27,672 nucleotides of DNA from the NCBI GenBank assembly GCA_033764315.1, contig JANRJA010000085.1:1-27672 (forward strand). The letters are read 5' to 3'. The translations under genes were made by a program, and so were the position numbers. Shown piece after piece: positions 1 through 8,389 of the stretch. Below the pieces are notes generated by a model that did no database searches, was not told the DNA's origin, and saw only the letters and a program-made list of their open reading frames with translations. Each line of letters begins with the position of its first letter. Position 1 is the first letter of the stretch. Source of the stretch: Oculatellaceae cyanobacterium bins.114. Lineage in GTDB: Bacteria > Cyanobacteriota > Cyanobacteriia > Elainellales > Elainellaceae.

Positions 1-234
1 CAGCAGTGCTTTCACCCGATTCTGAAAAAACCCATAAAACTTCAAAGAATGTAATATCTATGCCCAATATTTGTTGTGTGGAACGTTGCACCCTCAAGGA
101 GCTTCAATCGTTGGCATAGAAAACCTTAAGTTAACCTTTCCTTTCAAAAAAATTAAGGCGATCGCTTCATAATGGCAGCAAAACCTGAATTCAGGTTATG
201 AATTTTGTTTGAGAAGTTTGGAGGAATATTAATA

Positions 235-606
235 ATGGGTTGGTTAGATAGACTTTTCCCAGGAAGCAAGCCTGCTGCGGCACAGACTGGGCTTGCAGGA
301 GCAACCTCTGCCCCTGCTGCTACCCCTGCTGCTGCCCCTGCTGCACCTGGACAAAGCATTCCTCCTGAGCGGGTGGGATTAGATGGTGGCTATGACGAGA
401 GTGGTTTGGCAAAACGGGTTGCTCTGGCGTTTGACCATGACTCTCAGCTTGATGATGTGGGTACTCTGTGGGTCGCTCAGTTAGGTGGCAAAGTGGTGCT
501 CAAAGGCAAAGTGCCTGATCAGTCCTACCTTTCTAAAGCAGTATCGATTGCTAGAGGGGTGAACGGGGCAACTGATGTTGATACCAGCGAAGTTACCGTT
601 GGTTAG
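235..606 (+). CDS. BON-domain protein (OsmY-like phospholipid-binding) with Ala/Pro-rich N-terminal linker
   Basis: ORF 205..606; ATG at 235 (MGWLDRLF) is the more plausible start. C-terminal LAKRVALAFD...VVLKGKVPD...AVSIARGVNGATDVD matches the BON pattern. Confidence 0.85.
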   Translation: MGWLDRLFPGSKPAAAQTGLAGATSAPAATPAAAPAAPGQSIPPERVGLDGGYDESGLAKRVALAFDHDSQLDDVGTLWVAQLGGKVVLKGKVPDQSYLSKAVSIARGVNGATDVDTSEVTVG

Positions 607-628
607 TGTGTCTAAAATTTATCTGTTG

Positions 629-673
629 CAAAACGAGGCTTGGCATCAAGGGTGGTGCCTGGTCTCGCTTTTG
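629..673 (+). terminator. Imperfect stem-loop after BON gene (possible terminator or stabilising hairpin)
   Basis: CAAAACGAGGC-TTGGCATC...GGTGCC-TG-GTCTCGCTTTTG; needs G-U pairs and ends in a short T run. Confidence 0.4.
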
Positions 674-723
674 TAGTTTTTGAACAATGAGATGGATACA
701 AGCTTTAGTAGGAATAAACTCAT

Positions 724-1257
724 ATGGCACTGTTTGATCAGATTTTGGGAGCTATCAGTAACCCCAATCAGCAAGGGAGTCCGGATCAGATTGGCGGCAT
801 TTTAAACATGGTGCAGCAGGTTGCTCAAAACCAAGGAGTTGATCCTGGAACGACCTCGACGGTGATGTCGGTAGTGGGTAGTTATGTGCGCTCCTCATTG
901 CAAGAGCAACGCGCTGCTGGTGGCAACGATCGCGTTGAGTCGTTAGTGAACCAGTATGGTGGTACAACCCCCAGTGTTGCCGCGCTTCAAGCTCTGTTTA
1001 GCCCTGCTCAACAAGGCCAACTTTCGCAGGCGATCGCCCAAAAAACAGGACTGAATGCAGACACCATTCAATCTCTTTTGCCTGTATTAGTTCCAATTGC
1101 GCTGAATTTTCTTAAGTCTGGAGCTAGCAACACTGATCCCGGCAGCGGCTCAACCGGAAGTAACTCAGTCTTAAGCAGTTTTCTAGATGCAGACGGAGAT
1201 GGAGATGTCGATTTGGGCGATACACTGTCAATGGCAGGACGCTACTTAAACCATTAG
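724..1257 (+). CDS. DUF937/YidB-like protein, cyanobacterial type with C-terminal DxDGDGD motif
   Basis: MALFDQILGAI start, QAIAQKTGLN...LLPVLVP helix pattern, FLDADGDGDVDLGD tail. AGGA RBS-like sequence upstream. Confidence 0.75.
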   Translation: MALFDQILGAISNPNQQGSPDQIGGILNMVQQVAQNQGVDPGTTSTVMSVVGSYVRSSLQEQRAAGGNDRVESLVNQYGGTTPSVAALQALFSPAQQGQLSQAIAQKTGLNADTIQSLLPVLVPIALNFLKSGASNTDPGSGSTGSNSVLSSFLDADGDGDVDLGDTLSMAGRYLNH

Positions 1258-1285
1258 TAAGGCAGTCATTGAGTGAGGCGGCAGT

Positions 1286-1975
1286 GTGAATCGAGTGATC
1301 TTTTGGCTGATGTGGGTTGGCTTTATGACCTATGCCTTTTGGTTAGCACCTCCCGATCAACCGGATACGTTTGCCACGATTCAAAAATTGGTGACAGGAG
1401 AATGGCAGGGGATCAACCCTCTGATCGTGTCGCTGTTCAATATTTTAGGAATTGTGCCACTGATTTATGCTTCGCTATTGCTGATCGATGGTCGGATGCA
1501 GAAGGTTCCAGCCTCACTGTTTGTTGCGGGATCATTTGGGGTAGGAGCCTTTGCGCTGCTACCCTATTTTGCCTTGCGCCAGCCCAACGATAGCTTTGCT
1601 GGTGCCAAGAATGGGTTGTTAAAGTGGCTTGATTCTCGTTGGAATGGAGTGGCGATCGCCCTCCTACTTATTCCTTTTGTGGCATATGGCGCGATCGCAG
1701 GCGACTGGAGCGACTTTGCCTATCAGTGGCAAACCAGCCGTTTTGTCCACGTTATGAGCCTCGACTTTTGTATGCTCTGTCTCATCTTTCCTGCGATTTT
1801 GGGAGATGACATGGCCCGACGGGGGCTGCGCGATCGCCGTCTATTTTGGTTAGTCGCGTTGATCCCTTTGTTTGGCTCTGTGGGCTATTTGGTGTGGCGT
1901 CCATCGATTCAGGAAGACGGAAAAGAGAAAAAAGAAGAGAAAAAAAAGAAGAGAGAAGAGATGAAGAAAGAATAA
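1286..1975 (+). CDS. Integral membrane protein, DUF2834-like
   Basis: 229 aa with several hydrophobic segments. SLFNILG, GAFALLPY, TSRFVHVMSLDF and DDMARRG motifs are typical of this cyanobacterial/plant family. Confidence 0.7.
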   Translation: MNRVIFWLMWVGFMTYAFWLAPPDQPDTFATIQKLVTGEWQGINPLIVSLFNILGIVPLIYASLLLIDGRMQKVPASLFVAGSFGVGAFALLPYFALRQPNDSFAGAKNGLLKWLDSRWNGVAIALLLIPFVAYGAIAGDWSDFAYQWQTSRFVHVMSLDFCMLCLIFPAILGDDMARRGLRDRRLFWLVALIPLFGSVGYLVWRPSIQEDGKEKKEEKKKKREEMKKE

Positions 1976-2048
1976 GAAGGCTAAAGCTAGGGGTTGAAGG
2001 ATGCATTTATGTTTGATCTTTATTCTTTATTCTTTATTCTTCATTCTT
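1918..2048. repeat. Purine-rich heptamer-like repeats facing (TTATTCT)n heptamers between convergent genes
   Basis: AAGAAAGAATAAGAA on the left; TTATTCT-TTATTCT-TTATTCT-TCATTCT at 2020-2047. Confidence 0.65.
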
Positions 2049-3338
2049 GCCTTGAGGGTTAGAGCGAATATCAGTCATTTGGCGACGCCACTGCTCTGCT
2101 AGCTCAGGCAAATCAGCTTGGGCGATCGCTCCTTGTTCTCCCGACTGCATCCACTTCAGTTGAGTCGTCCCATTCTCAGCTTCGGCATCTCCTAAAATGA
2201 GACAGGCGATCGCCCCACTGCGGTCAGCCCGTTTGAACTGTTTGCCAAAGGCACTGCCACTGAGATCTAGCTCGACTGAAAAGCCCAAATGACGGAGGGT
2301 TTGGCTAATTTGTAAGGCTTGAGCTTCAGCGCGATCGCCCTTTGACACCACATAAAAGTCTAGGGGGGTGTGAGTTGGGAGATGCAGTTGTTGTAATAAC
2401 AGGATCAGTCGCTCCATGCCCAAGCCCCACCCAATTGCGGGCGTATCGGGACCACCCAATTGAGCCACCAAACCGTCATAGCGTCCGCCGCCACATACTG
2501 TCGCTTGAGCACCCAAATCATCCGACTGAATCTCAAACGCCGTGTGGGTGTAGTAGTCCAATCCCCGCACCAGTTGAGCATTAATGTGGTACTCAATGCC
2601 CACATCCGTCAGACATTGCTGCACACGCTCAAACCGTTGTTGTGACTCAGGACTCAAATAATCCAGCAAGCTGGGAGCGTCTTGCACGATCGCCTTAGTG
2701 CGTTCGTCTTTGCTGTCGAGAATTCGTAAGGGATTGCGGGTCAGGCGATCTTGGGAATCGGCGTCTAGCTCTGCTTTGTAGGGAGTTAAGTAATCAATGA
2801 GAGCCTGTCGATAGCGTTGGCGATCGTCTGGGGTACCCACTGAGTTAATGTCTAGTTTCAGCGTCTTCAACCCCAAGGCATTTAACAGATCGGTAGCTAA
2901 TACAATCACCTCTGCATCGGCGCGGGGATCACTACTGCCCATGATCTCCACATCGATCTGGTGAAACTGTCGCTGTCGCCCTGCCTGCGGACGCTCATAG
3001 CGAAACACGGGAGCAATCGACCACAGGCGTTGCACCGGACTGACCGCGTAGAGTTTGTGCTCAATCAGCGATCGCACCAATCCCGCCGTTAATTCAGGAC
3101 GCAGGGTAATCGAGCGATCGCCCCGATCTTGAAAGGTATACATCTCTTTGCCGACCACATCGGTCGCTTCCCCAATACCTCGCTCAAACAGTTCTGTTTG
3201 CTCAAAAATGGGCGTGCGGATTTCACGATAAGCCGCCTTGTTAAAAATCTCTCGTGCCACCGCTTCAACGTGCTGCCAGTAACTCACCTCATCTGGCAGA
3301 ATGTCTCGCGTTCCTCGGAGTGCTTGAATAATGCCCAT
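2034..3338 (-). CDS. hisS: Histidine--tRNA ligase
   Basis: [41 protein letters not shown] and GGGRYDGL motifs. ATG at 3338 (MGIIQALRG) chosen over 3362. Confidence 0.98.
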   Translation of the reverse strand: MGIIQALRGTRDILPDEVSYWQHVEAVAREIFNKAAYREIRTPIFEQTELFERGIGEATDVVGKEMYTFQDRGDRSITLRPELTAGLVRSLIEHKLYAVSPVQRLWSIAPVFRYERPQAGRQRQFHQIDVEIMGSSDPRADAEVIVLATDLLNALGLKTLKLDINSVGTPDDRQRYRQALIDYLTPYKAELDADSQDRLTRNPLRILDSKDERTKAIVQDAPSLLDYLSPESQQRFERVQQCLTDVGIEYHINAQLVRGLDYYTHTAFEIQSDDLGAQATVCGGGRYDGLVAQLGGPDTPAIGWGLGMERLILLLQQLHLPTHTPLDFYVVSKGDRAEAQALQISQTLRHLGFSVELDLSGSAFGKQFKRADRSGAIACLILGDAEAENGTTQLKWMQSGEQGAIAQADLPELAEQWRRQMTDIRSNPQGKNEE

Positions 3339-3376
3339 AAAACTTGCAATGTAATCGATCAAAACTTAACTCAATC

Positions 3377-3478
3377 GTCATTGGTCGTTAGTCACTAGTC
3401 ATTAGTCAACTGCCTATTCACCGTTAACCGTTGACTATTAACTGTTAACCATCAACCTTGGACTCTTGCTCCTTGACT
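3377..3478. repeat. STRR-type heptamer tandem repeats
   Basis: GTCATTG-GTCGTTA-GTCACTA-GTCATTA, then CGTTAAC-CGTTGAC-TATTAAC-TGTTAAC-CATCAAC, running into the 3' end of ORF 3445..3759. Confidence 0.8.
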
Positions 3479-3759
3479 AACCACTGACCATAGCGATCGC
3501 CATAGTAGTTCAAGATTTGTTCTACTCGGTGTCGAGAGTTGACATCGGCTGCCTGATTGTACTCAATCCACAATCCCCCAATCTGACTTTGTTCATAGTC
3601 AAATTGTTGAGAAACCTGAGGCAACAGACCTGCATCAACTCCAGTCACTTGGCGTAGATGAGCTGACACCTCACGATAAACCGCCAATGGCAACGTAGAG
3701 CAGCAGATGCAATACCGCATTTTGTGGTCGGGTTGAATCTGGGATATTGCCTTGTTCAT
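3445..3759 (-). CDS. Conserved cyanobacterial hypothetical protein downstream of pedR
   Basis: LPLAVYREVSAHLRQV..V...LLPQ....FDY..SQIGGLWI...VEQILNYY resembles a conserved cyanobacterial family; co-oriented 75 bp after the pedR-like gene. Confidence 0.8.
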   Translation of the reverse strand: MNKAISQIQPDHKMRYCICCSTLPLAVYREVSAHLRQVTGVDAGLLPQVSQQFDYEQSQIGGLWIEYNQAADVNSRHRVEQILNYYGDRYGQWLVKEQESKVDG

Positions 3760-3834
3760 CTCAAAAGTGCCCTAAGCTGTCAATTACTGTTGTGAGTACT
3801 GTTATACGGCCTATTATTTTCCCATGAATAAGAT

Positions 3835-4152
3835 TCAAGACATCACCTCGTCATTGGAAATAGATACCGGATCGATCGGATCTGGCAGCGCATTGGATGG
3901 AGTCGGCAACGTACAACAATTGACTTCATCAATGCAAACTTTGCCCCATTGAAGTGCCCAACGAACCAATGCCACCCGGTTGCCCGTAGCAGTTTTAGTC
4001 AAGATGTTGCTGATATGGTTGTCAACGGTGCGCTTGCTAATATCTAACTTTTCCGCAATCTCTTGATTGGTTAAGCCAGCAGCCACCAGTTCAACGATTT
4101 GCAACTCTCGTTCAGAGAGAGAACCGGAGGTTTGATTGTCATCGCCAGCCAT
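3835..4152 (-). CDS. pedR: Small LuxR-type HTH regulator, PedR-like
   Basis: LSERELQIVELVAAGLTNQEIAEKLDISKRTVDNHISNILTK LuxR HTH with no receiver domain, plus C-terminal WGKVCIDEVNCC three-Cys motif characteristic of PedR. Confidence 0.88.
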   Translation of the reverse strand: MAGDDNQTSGSLSERELQIVELVAAGLTNQEIAEKLDISKRTVDNHISNILTKTATGNRVALVRWALQWGKVCIDEVNCCTLPTPSNALPDPIDPVSISNDEVMS

Positions 4153-4416
4153 AACGCTACTACCTATGTATATCTACTCATTGCCTACTTCAATTTTAAG
4201 AGGTTTATCAGCAAAAGCTGTCTGATAATTTGGGTTGGTTCACTGAAATGGGAAGTGAGTGCAGGCTGAGTGCTTGATTTATCACGGTTAAGTGAGCGGC
4301 TGTTCGCTGTTTTCCCACGATAAGGTAGATCAAATAGCTCATCTGGTTTTGTCTGCGTGTGTCCTCTAATGTCTTCGTATGTCCTGCTTAATGCTTCTGT
4401 GCGATCGCCTCATCCT

Positions 4417-4851
4417 ATGTGCTGGCTCACTTTGAAACGAGTTGTAGTGCTGATCGTTAGTGTCGTGCTGCTCCTCGTCATCCCCGTCAATAGCGCGATC
4501 GCCGCAGAATTGCCGACGTCCTCTCCGGCTCTCACCCCATCGCTCGAACAATCTGCCGATACTCATCTAAATGTTGATATCAATGCCATTTCTTCAGAAA
4601 AAATAAGCCAATTTGTTCAGGCTTACCTGCAAGTTGTAGAGTTAATTGAGCGGCGTGAAGGAGAGTTGCAAGGTGCAGAAACTGATCTCGAATCGGTTCG
4701 GGTGCAACAAGAGATCGAGGCAGAAGCATTTGCCATTATTGAGTCAGCAGGGTTAACCTGGCAGGAATACTTACAGCTGTTAGGGCTGGCTAACACAGAT
4801 CCCGAGTTTGGCGATCGCATTGCCACCCAACTGCAAGAAGCCATTCGCTGA
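4417..4851 (+). CDS. Exported DUF4168-domain protein
   Basis: Signal-peptide-like stretch (KRVVVLIVSVVLLLVIPVNSAIA); ISSEKISQFVQAY...IIESAGLTWQEY....LANTDPEF fits DUF4168. Start uncertain (4357, 4369 or 4417). Confidence 0.72.
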   Translation: MCWLTLKRVVVLIVSVVLLLVIPVNSAIAAELPTSSPALTPSLEQSADTHLNVDINAISSEKISQFVQAYLQVVELIERREGELQGAETDLESVRVQQEIEAEAFAIIESAGLTWQEYLQLLGLANTDPEFGDRIATQLQEAIR

Positions 4852-4909
4852 CGACTGATTTTCGCTGACGATTGATTGCTCTGTTTTAAGTTCTAAAAGG
4901 AAGATATTT

Positions 4910-5890
4910 GTGACTAGCCCCCGTGTGCTTTGCTTGGGCGAGATTTTGTTTGATCTGATCGCTGACCAACCCGGACGATCCCTTGAACAGGTCACCTCTT
5001 GGACGGCTTATCCCGGAGGAGCACCTGCAAATGTGGCGTGTGCTTTGGTCAAGCTAGGAACTCCCGCTGGGTTTATTGGATGTGTTGGCAAAGATGCCTC
5101 TGGTGAAACGTTAGTGGACTTATTGCAAACTATCGGAGTTGAGACCGCGGGCATCCAATATTATGGCACCGCTCCAACGAGAGAAATTTATGTGTTGCGA
5201 TCTGAAGATGGCGATCGCCAATTTGCGGGGTTTGGCGATCGCGACACCACCGACTTTGCCGATACTCACCTCCAGGCCACTCAGTTACCTGTCAATCTTT
5301 TTGCCAATGCCGATTTTCTGGTGTTAGGCACCCTAGAGTTAGCCTATCCAGATACTCGAACGGCCATCGAACGGGCTTTAGAACTGGCAGAGCAACACTA
5401 TGTCAAAGTTGTGGTAGACGTTAACTGGCGGCCGATGTTCTGGCAAGATGCTCAAGCTGCGCGGGCAACGATCCACGACTTTGTGAAGCACGTCGATTTT
5501 CTCAAACTGTCTGTCGAAGAGGCAGAGTGGCTGTTTGACACCTCTGATCCCGGTGTGATTGCCCATCGACTCGGAGATGTAGAAGGGGTTTTGGTAACGG
5601 ATGGCGATCGCGGTAGTGCTTATTGCCTGGGTGAGAACGAGGGAAAATTTCCTGCCTATGCTATTGAGGCTGAAGACACCACCGGAGCCGGAGATAGCTT
5701 TGTGGCAGGATTTCTACATCAACTGTGTCAATATGGAATTTCGGCCTTGAGCGATCCCAGCGTGGCTCAGAAGATGGTTGCTTATGCCAGTGCCGTAGGA
5801 GCGTTGACCACATTGAGGGCAGGGGCGATCGCCGCTCAACCCACAGCCGCAGAAGTTGAAGCATTTCTCTATTTACATCAACAACCCTAA
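4910..5890 (+). CDS. PfkB-family carbohydrate kinase (fructokinase-like)
   Basis: GGAPANVA, VDVNWRP and DTTGAGDSFVAG PfkB signatures. Confidence 0.95.
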   Translation: MTSPRVLCLGEILFDLIADQPGRSLEQVTSWTAYPGGAPANVACALVKLGTPAGFIGCVGKDASGETLVDLLQTIGVETAGIQYYGTAPTREIYVLRSEDGDRQFAGFGDRDTTDFADTHLQATQLPVNLFANADFLVLGTLELAYPDTRTAIERALELAEQHYVKVVVDVNWRPMFWQDAQAARATIHDFVKHVDFLKLSVEEAEWLFDTSDPGVIAHRLGDVEGVLVTDGDRGSAYCLGENEGKFPAYAIEAEDTTGAGDSFVAGFLHQLCQYGISALSDPSVAQKMVAYASAVGALTTLRAGAIAAQPTAAEVEAFLYLHQQP

Positions 5891-5891
5891 A

Positions 5892-6353
5892 ATGGCAGTC
5901 GAGATTGAACGCAAATTTTTAGTTAAGGGTGACGAGTGGCGATCGCTAGCTCAAGGCACACTCTATCGTCAGGGATATATTGCTTCAGGGCAACGCACTG
6001 TCAGGGTTCGCATTGCCGGGGATCACGCCTATCTGACGATCAAAGGAGGCTCTAATGGCATTGCCCGCAGTGAATATGAATATGAGATTCCCCTGGTGGA
6101 TGCGATCGAGATGTTAGCGACTCTGTGCGATCGTCCCCTAATTGAGAAGATTCGCTATCGGTTAGATTATCAGGGCTTGCTCTGGGAAATTGACGAGTTC
6201 ATGGGAGAAAACCACGGGCTAATCATGGCAGAGGTTGAGTTAACTGACGTAAATCAGGTTGTGTCTTTACCAGCATGGGTTGGCGAAGAAGTGTCCACCG
6301 ATGTGCGCTACTTTAACTCAAACTTAGCAAAGCACCCTTTCCAATCATGGTGA
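5892..6353 (+). CDS. CYTH-domain protein (triphosphate tunnel metalloenzyme)
   Basis: MAVEIERKFLV (ExExK motif), RVRI, EYEYEIP, WEIDEF, AEVEL. ATG at 5892 lies 1 nt after the pfkB stop. Confidence 0.93.
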   Translation: MAVEIERKFLVKGDEWRSLAQGTLYRQGYIASGQRTVRVRIAGDHAYLTIKGGSNGIARSEYEYEIPLVDAIEMLATLCDRPLIEKIRYRLDYQGLLWEIDEFMGENHGLIMAEVELTDVNQVVSLPAWVGEEVSTDVRYFNSNLAKHPFQSW

Positions 6354-6393
6354 TTGAGTCAGCTGTGAAAGCTGTATTGCAATACAAAAAAAC

Positions 6394-6499
6394 TATAGCT
6401 GTAGCCAGCTAACTGAGGACATAGGGGGTGTGGGGGCGGTGCCCCCAGTCAGGGGTTCCACCCCTGCACCCCGTCCTAACCTGAATGACTACGGCTATA
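6394..6499. mobile_element. MITE-like foldback element, copy 1
   Basis: Terminal IR TATAGCTGTAGCCA / TGACTACGGCTATA (12/14), internal hairpins TGGGGGC-GGT-GCCCCCA and CAGGGG-TTCCA-CCCCTG, flanked directly by AATACAAAAA(AA)C on both sides. Confidence 0.7.
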
Positions 6500-6504
6500 A
6501 ATAC

Positions 6505-6535
6505 AAAAACATCTCAACTGTCATAAGTTGAGATG
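6505..6535 (-). terminator. Rho-independent terminator of pilA
   Basis: Perfect 10-bp stem CATCTCAACT/AGTTGAGATG (6510-6535), 6-nt loop, followed by T5 on the minus strand, about 30 bp after the pilA stop. Confidence 0.8.
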
Positions 6536-6567
6536 CCTTTCAAGCTAATTGATCATTAGGATGCCGC

Positions 6568-7056
6568 TTATGGGCAAACAGTCTTACCAGAAACGGTAGG
6601 AACTAAGCTAGGGGAAGTACCTTCGCAGAGGATTGCCAACGTAGTAGCTGTGTTGTCAGTACCAACACCAACCCAAACACGACCAGAATAGCCTTTGAGA
6701 GTAGCAATAGGGCTAGCTGTGGTAACTGCTTCAGCGGTTGTACCAGAACCACCAGGGGTAGAAGCGTAGGTGTAGTTCTTGGTATCACTGATACCTAGTT
6801 CCAAATTGGTCAAAGTACCAAAAGCGTTCTTTTCAAGGAAATACGCTTGTTGACCACGGTTGATCGAACCAACGTAGGTAGAAGCTTCAGATTGACGAGC
6901 CTTGTTTGCTTGGTTGAGGAAAGAGGGTAGAGCAATGGCTGAAAGAATGCCGATGATGATGATAACAACGAGAAGTTCAATCAAAGTAAAACCTTTGTCA
7001 CTCTCTTTGCGCTCAATCAAGTGCTGAAGGAACTTTGCTTTCAATTCGGTTTTCAT
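6568..7056 (-). CDS. pilA: Type IV major pilin
   Basis: Prepilin cleavage/N-methylation motif KG|FTLIELLVVIIIIGILSAIALPSFLNQANKA, cyanobacterial leader MKTELKAKFLQHL, C-terminal Cys pair, AGGAGA RBS at 7065-7070. Confidence 0.93.
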   Translation of the reverse strand: MKTELKAKFLQHLIERKESDKGFTLIELLVVIIIIGILSAIALPSFLNQANKARQSEASTYVGSINRGQQAYFLEKNAFGTLTNLELGISDTKNYTYASTPGGSGTTAEAVTTASPIATLKGYSGRVWVGVGTDNTATTLAILCEGTSPSLVPTVSGKTVCP

Positions 7057-7575
7057 GAGATGTTTCTCCTACAGTGGGAATTTGGGAAATAGTCAGGTTC
7101 GCGATGCCCTACAGTAAGATTTCCCACTTAATCAGTGAAACCCCTCAGTATATTCACCTGATAGAGTAAAGAAAGTGCCTTTCTTTGACCGTCAAAATAT
7201 AAATGTTTCTTGAGAAACTGTGATTATTTCCGGATTGTTAAATCCGGAAAATTTTTGGGAATTCTAATTATTATGTAGGGTCTCACCACACTTGTCTGAA
7301 TCGCCACAACTCTTGCTTTACGCCTCTAAAACACCTCAACTAATTTGGGTGAAGCAGCAAATGACTAACCCAATGAGACCTGTTGAGTTGAGTGTTGTGT
7401 TCAAATTCGATTGGAAGATCCTAAAGCTAAGCATTTAAATCACGAACTCTAGATCGAAAAACCTTCCAAAATTAGTTTACGTGATTTATGCTACAAACAG
7501 GTTTTTGTTCTACTGATACTTTTTTGCGGAAATTGGGTAAGTTTGTTAACCAGATTCAACAAAAATCTTATTTGC

Positions 7576-7614
7576 AAAAGCAACCCCCAGAGGCTTTAAA
7601 ACTTCTGGGGGTTG
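7576..7614 (-). terminator. Probable terminator of leuD
   Basis: 11-bp perfect stem CAACCCCCAGA/TCTGGGGGTTG (7581-7614), followed by CTTTT on the minus strand, 47 bp after the leuD stop. Confidence 0.7.
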
Positions 7615-7661
7615 AATCATTGTCTCTAAACAATCACTGCTGCTTCTTGCAAGCACCGATT

Positions 7662-8261
7662 TTAAGCAACTCGACTCCAATTAATATAGGGAAGTTGAGT
7701 TGCTGTGGCTCGAATGCTATCTGCTTGCGCTACGAGTTGCCCACAGGCATCCCAATTTCCAGAAAGGAACATGTTTTTAGGGCCTTCACCCATCAGGATG
7801 GCAGCCACAAACTCACCACATCTAACTTGCATCGCTTCCAGATTGATCTCGACTGAAGCCTGAGGATTTTCGGCCACTAACGCCTGTAGTTGCTTGACTG
7901 TATTATGGTCGGCTGTAACGCAGGGAATTCCCATAGCAACGCAGTTGCCAAAGAAAATTTCGGCAAAGCTTTCCCCGATGAGGGTTTGAATGCCCCACTT
8001 GGCGATCGCTTGAGGGGCATGTTCGCGGGATGACCCACAGCCAAAGTTGCGGTTAACAATGAGAATGCTTGCCCCTTGATAGTGAGGTTGGTCAAAAGGG
8101 TGCTGACCTTTGGTTTGAAGGCGATCGTCCTCAAATGCATGTTCGCCCAGTCCGTCAAACGTAACGCACTTTAAGAAACGAGCTGGAATGATGCGATCGG
8201 TGTCGATGTCATCACCCACTAATGGAATGCCTCGTCCTGCAATTGATTTAATTTGGCTCAT
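7662..8261 (-). CDS. leuD: 3-isopropylmalate dehydratase small subunit
   Basis: [25 protein letters not shown] and SFAEIFFGN motifs. Confidence 0.97.
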   Translation of the reverse strand: MSQIKSIAGRGIPLVGDDIDTDRIIPARFLKCVTFDGLGEHAFEDDRLQTKGQHPFDQPHYQGASILIVNRNFGCGSSREHAPQAIAKWGIQTLIGESFAEIFFGNCVAMGIPCVTADHNTVKQLQALVAENPQASVEINLEAMQVRCGEFVAAILMGEGPKNMFLSGNWDACGQLVAQADSIRATATQLPYINWSRVA

Positions 8262-8389
8262 AGCGTCTATCTAACCCAGACTATTTAGTCTATAACAACT
8301 TCTCAACCTATAGGTGCCTCTAATAGGGAATGTGCTATTTTCTGGGAAACTACCTCAAATGAGCGTTATTTGGTTGTGGGAGGACTGTT

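Noticed and set aside
6373..6386. Palindrome TGTATTGCAATACA as NtcA or operator site
   Set aside because: GTA-N6-TAC spacing, located between convergent gene ends, and half of it belongs to the putative target duplication.
6394..6499. tRNA gene
   Set aside because: Multi-stem structure, but no T-loop (GTTCRANYC) or D-loop consensus and no proper acceptor stem.
7488..7856. 122-aa plus-strand ORF
   Set aside because: Antisense to the leuD 3' half and spans its terminator; no motif.
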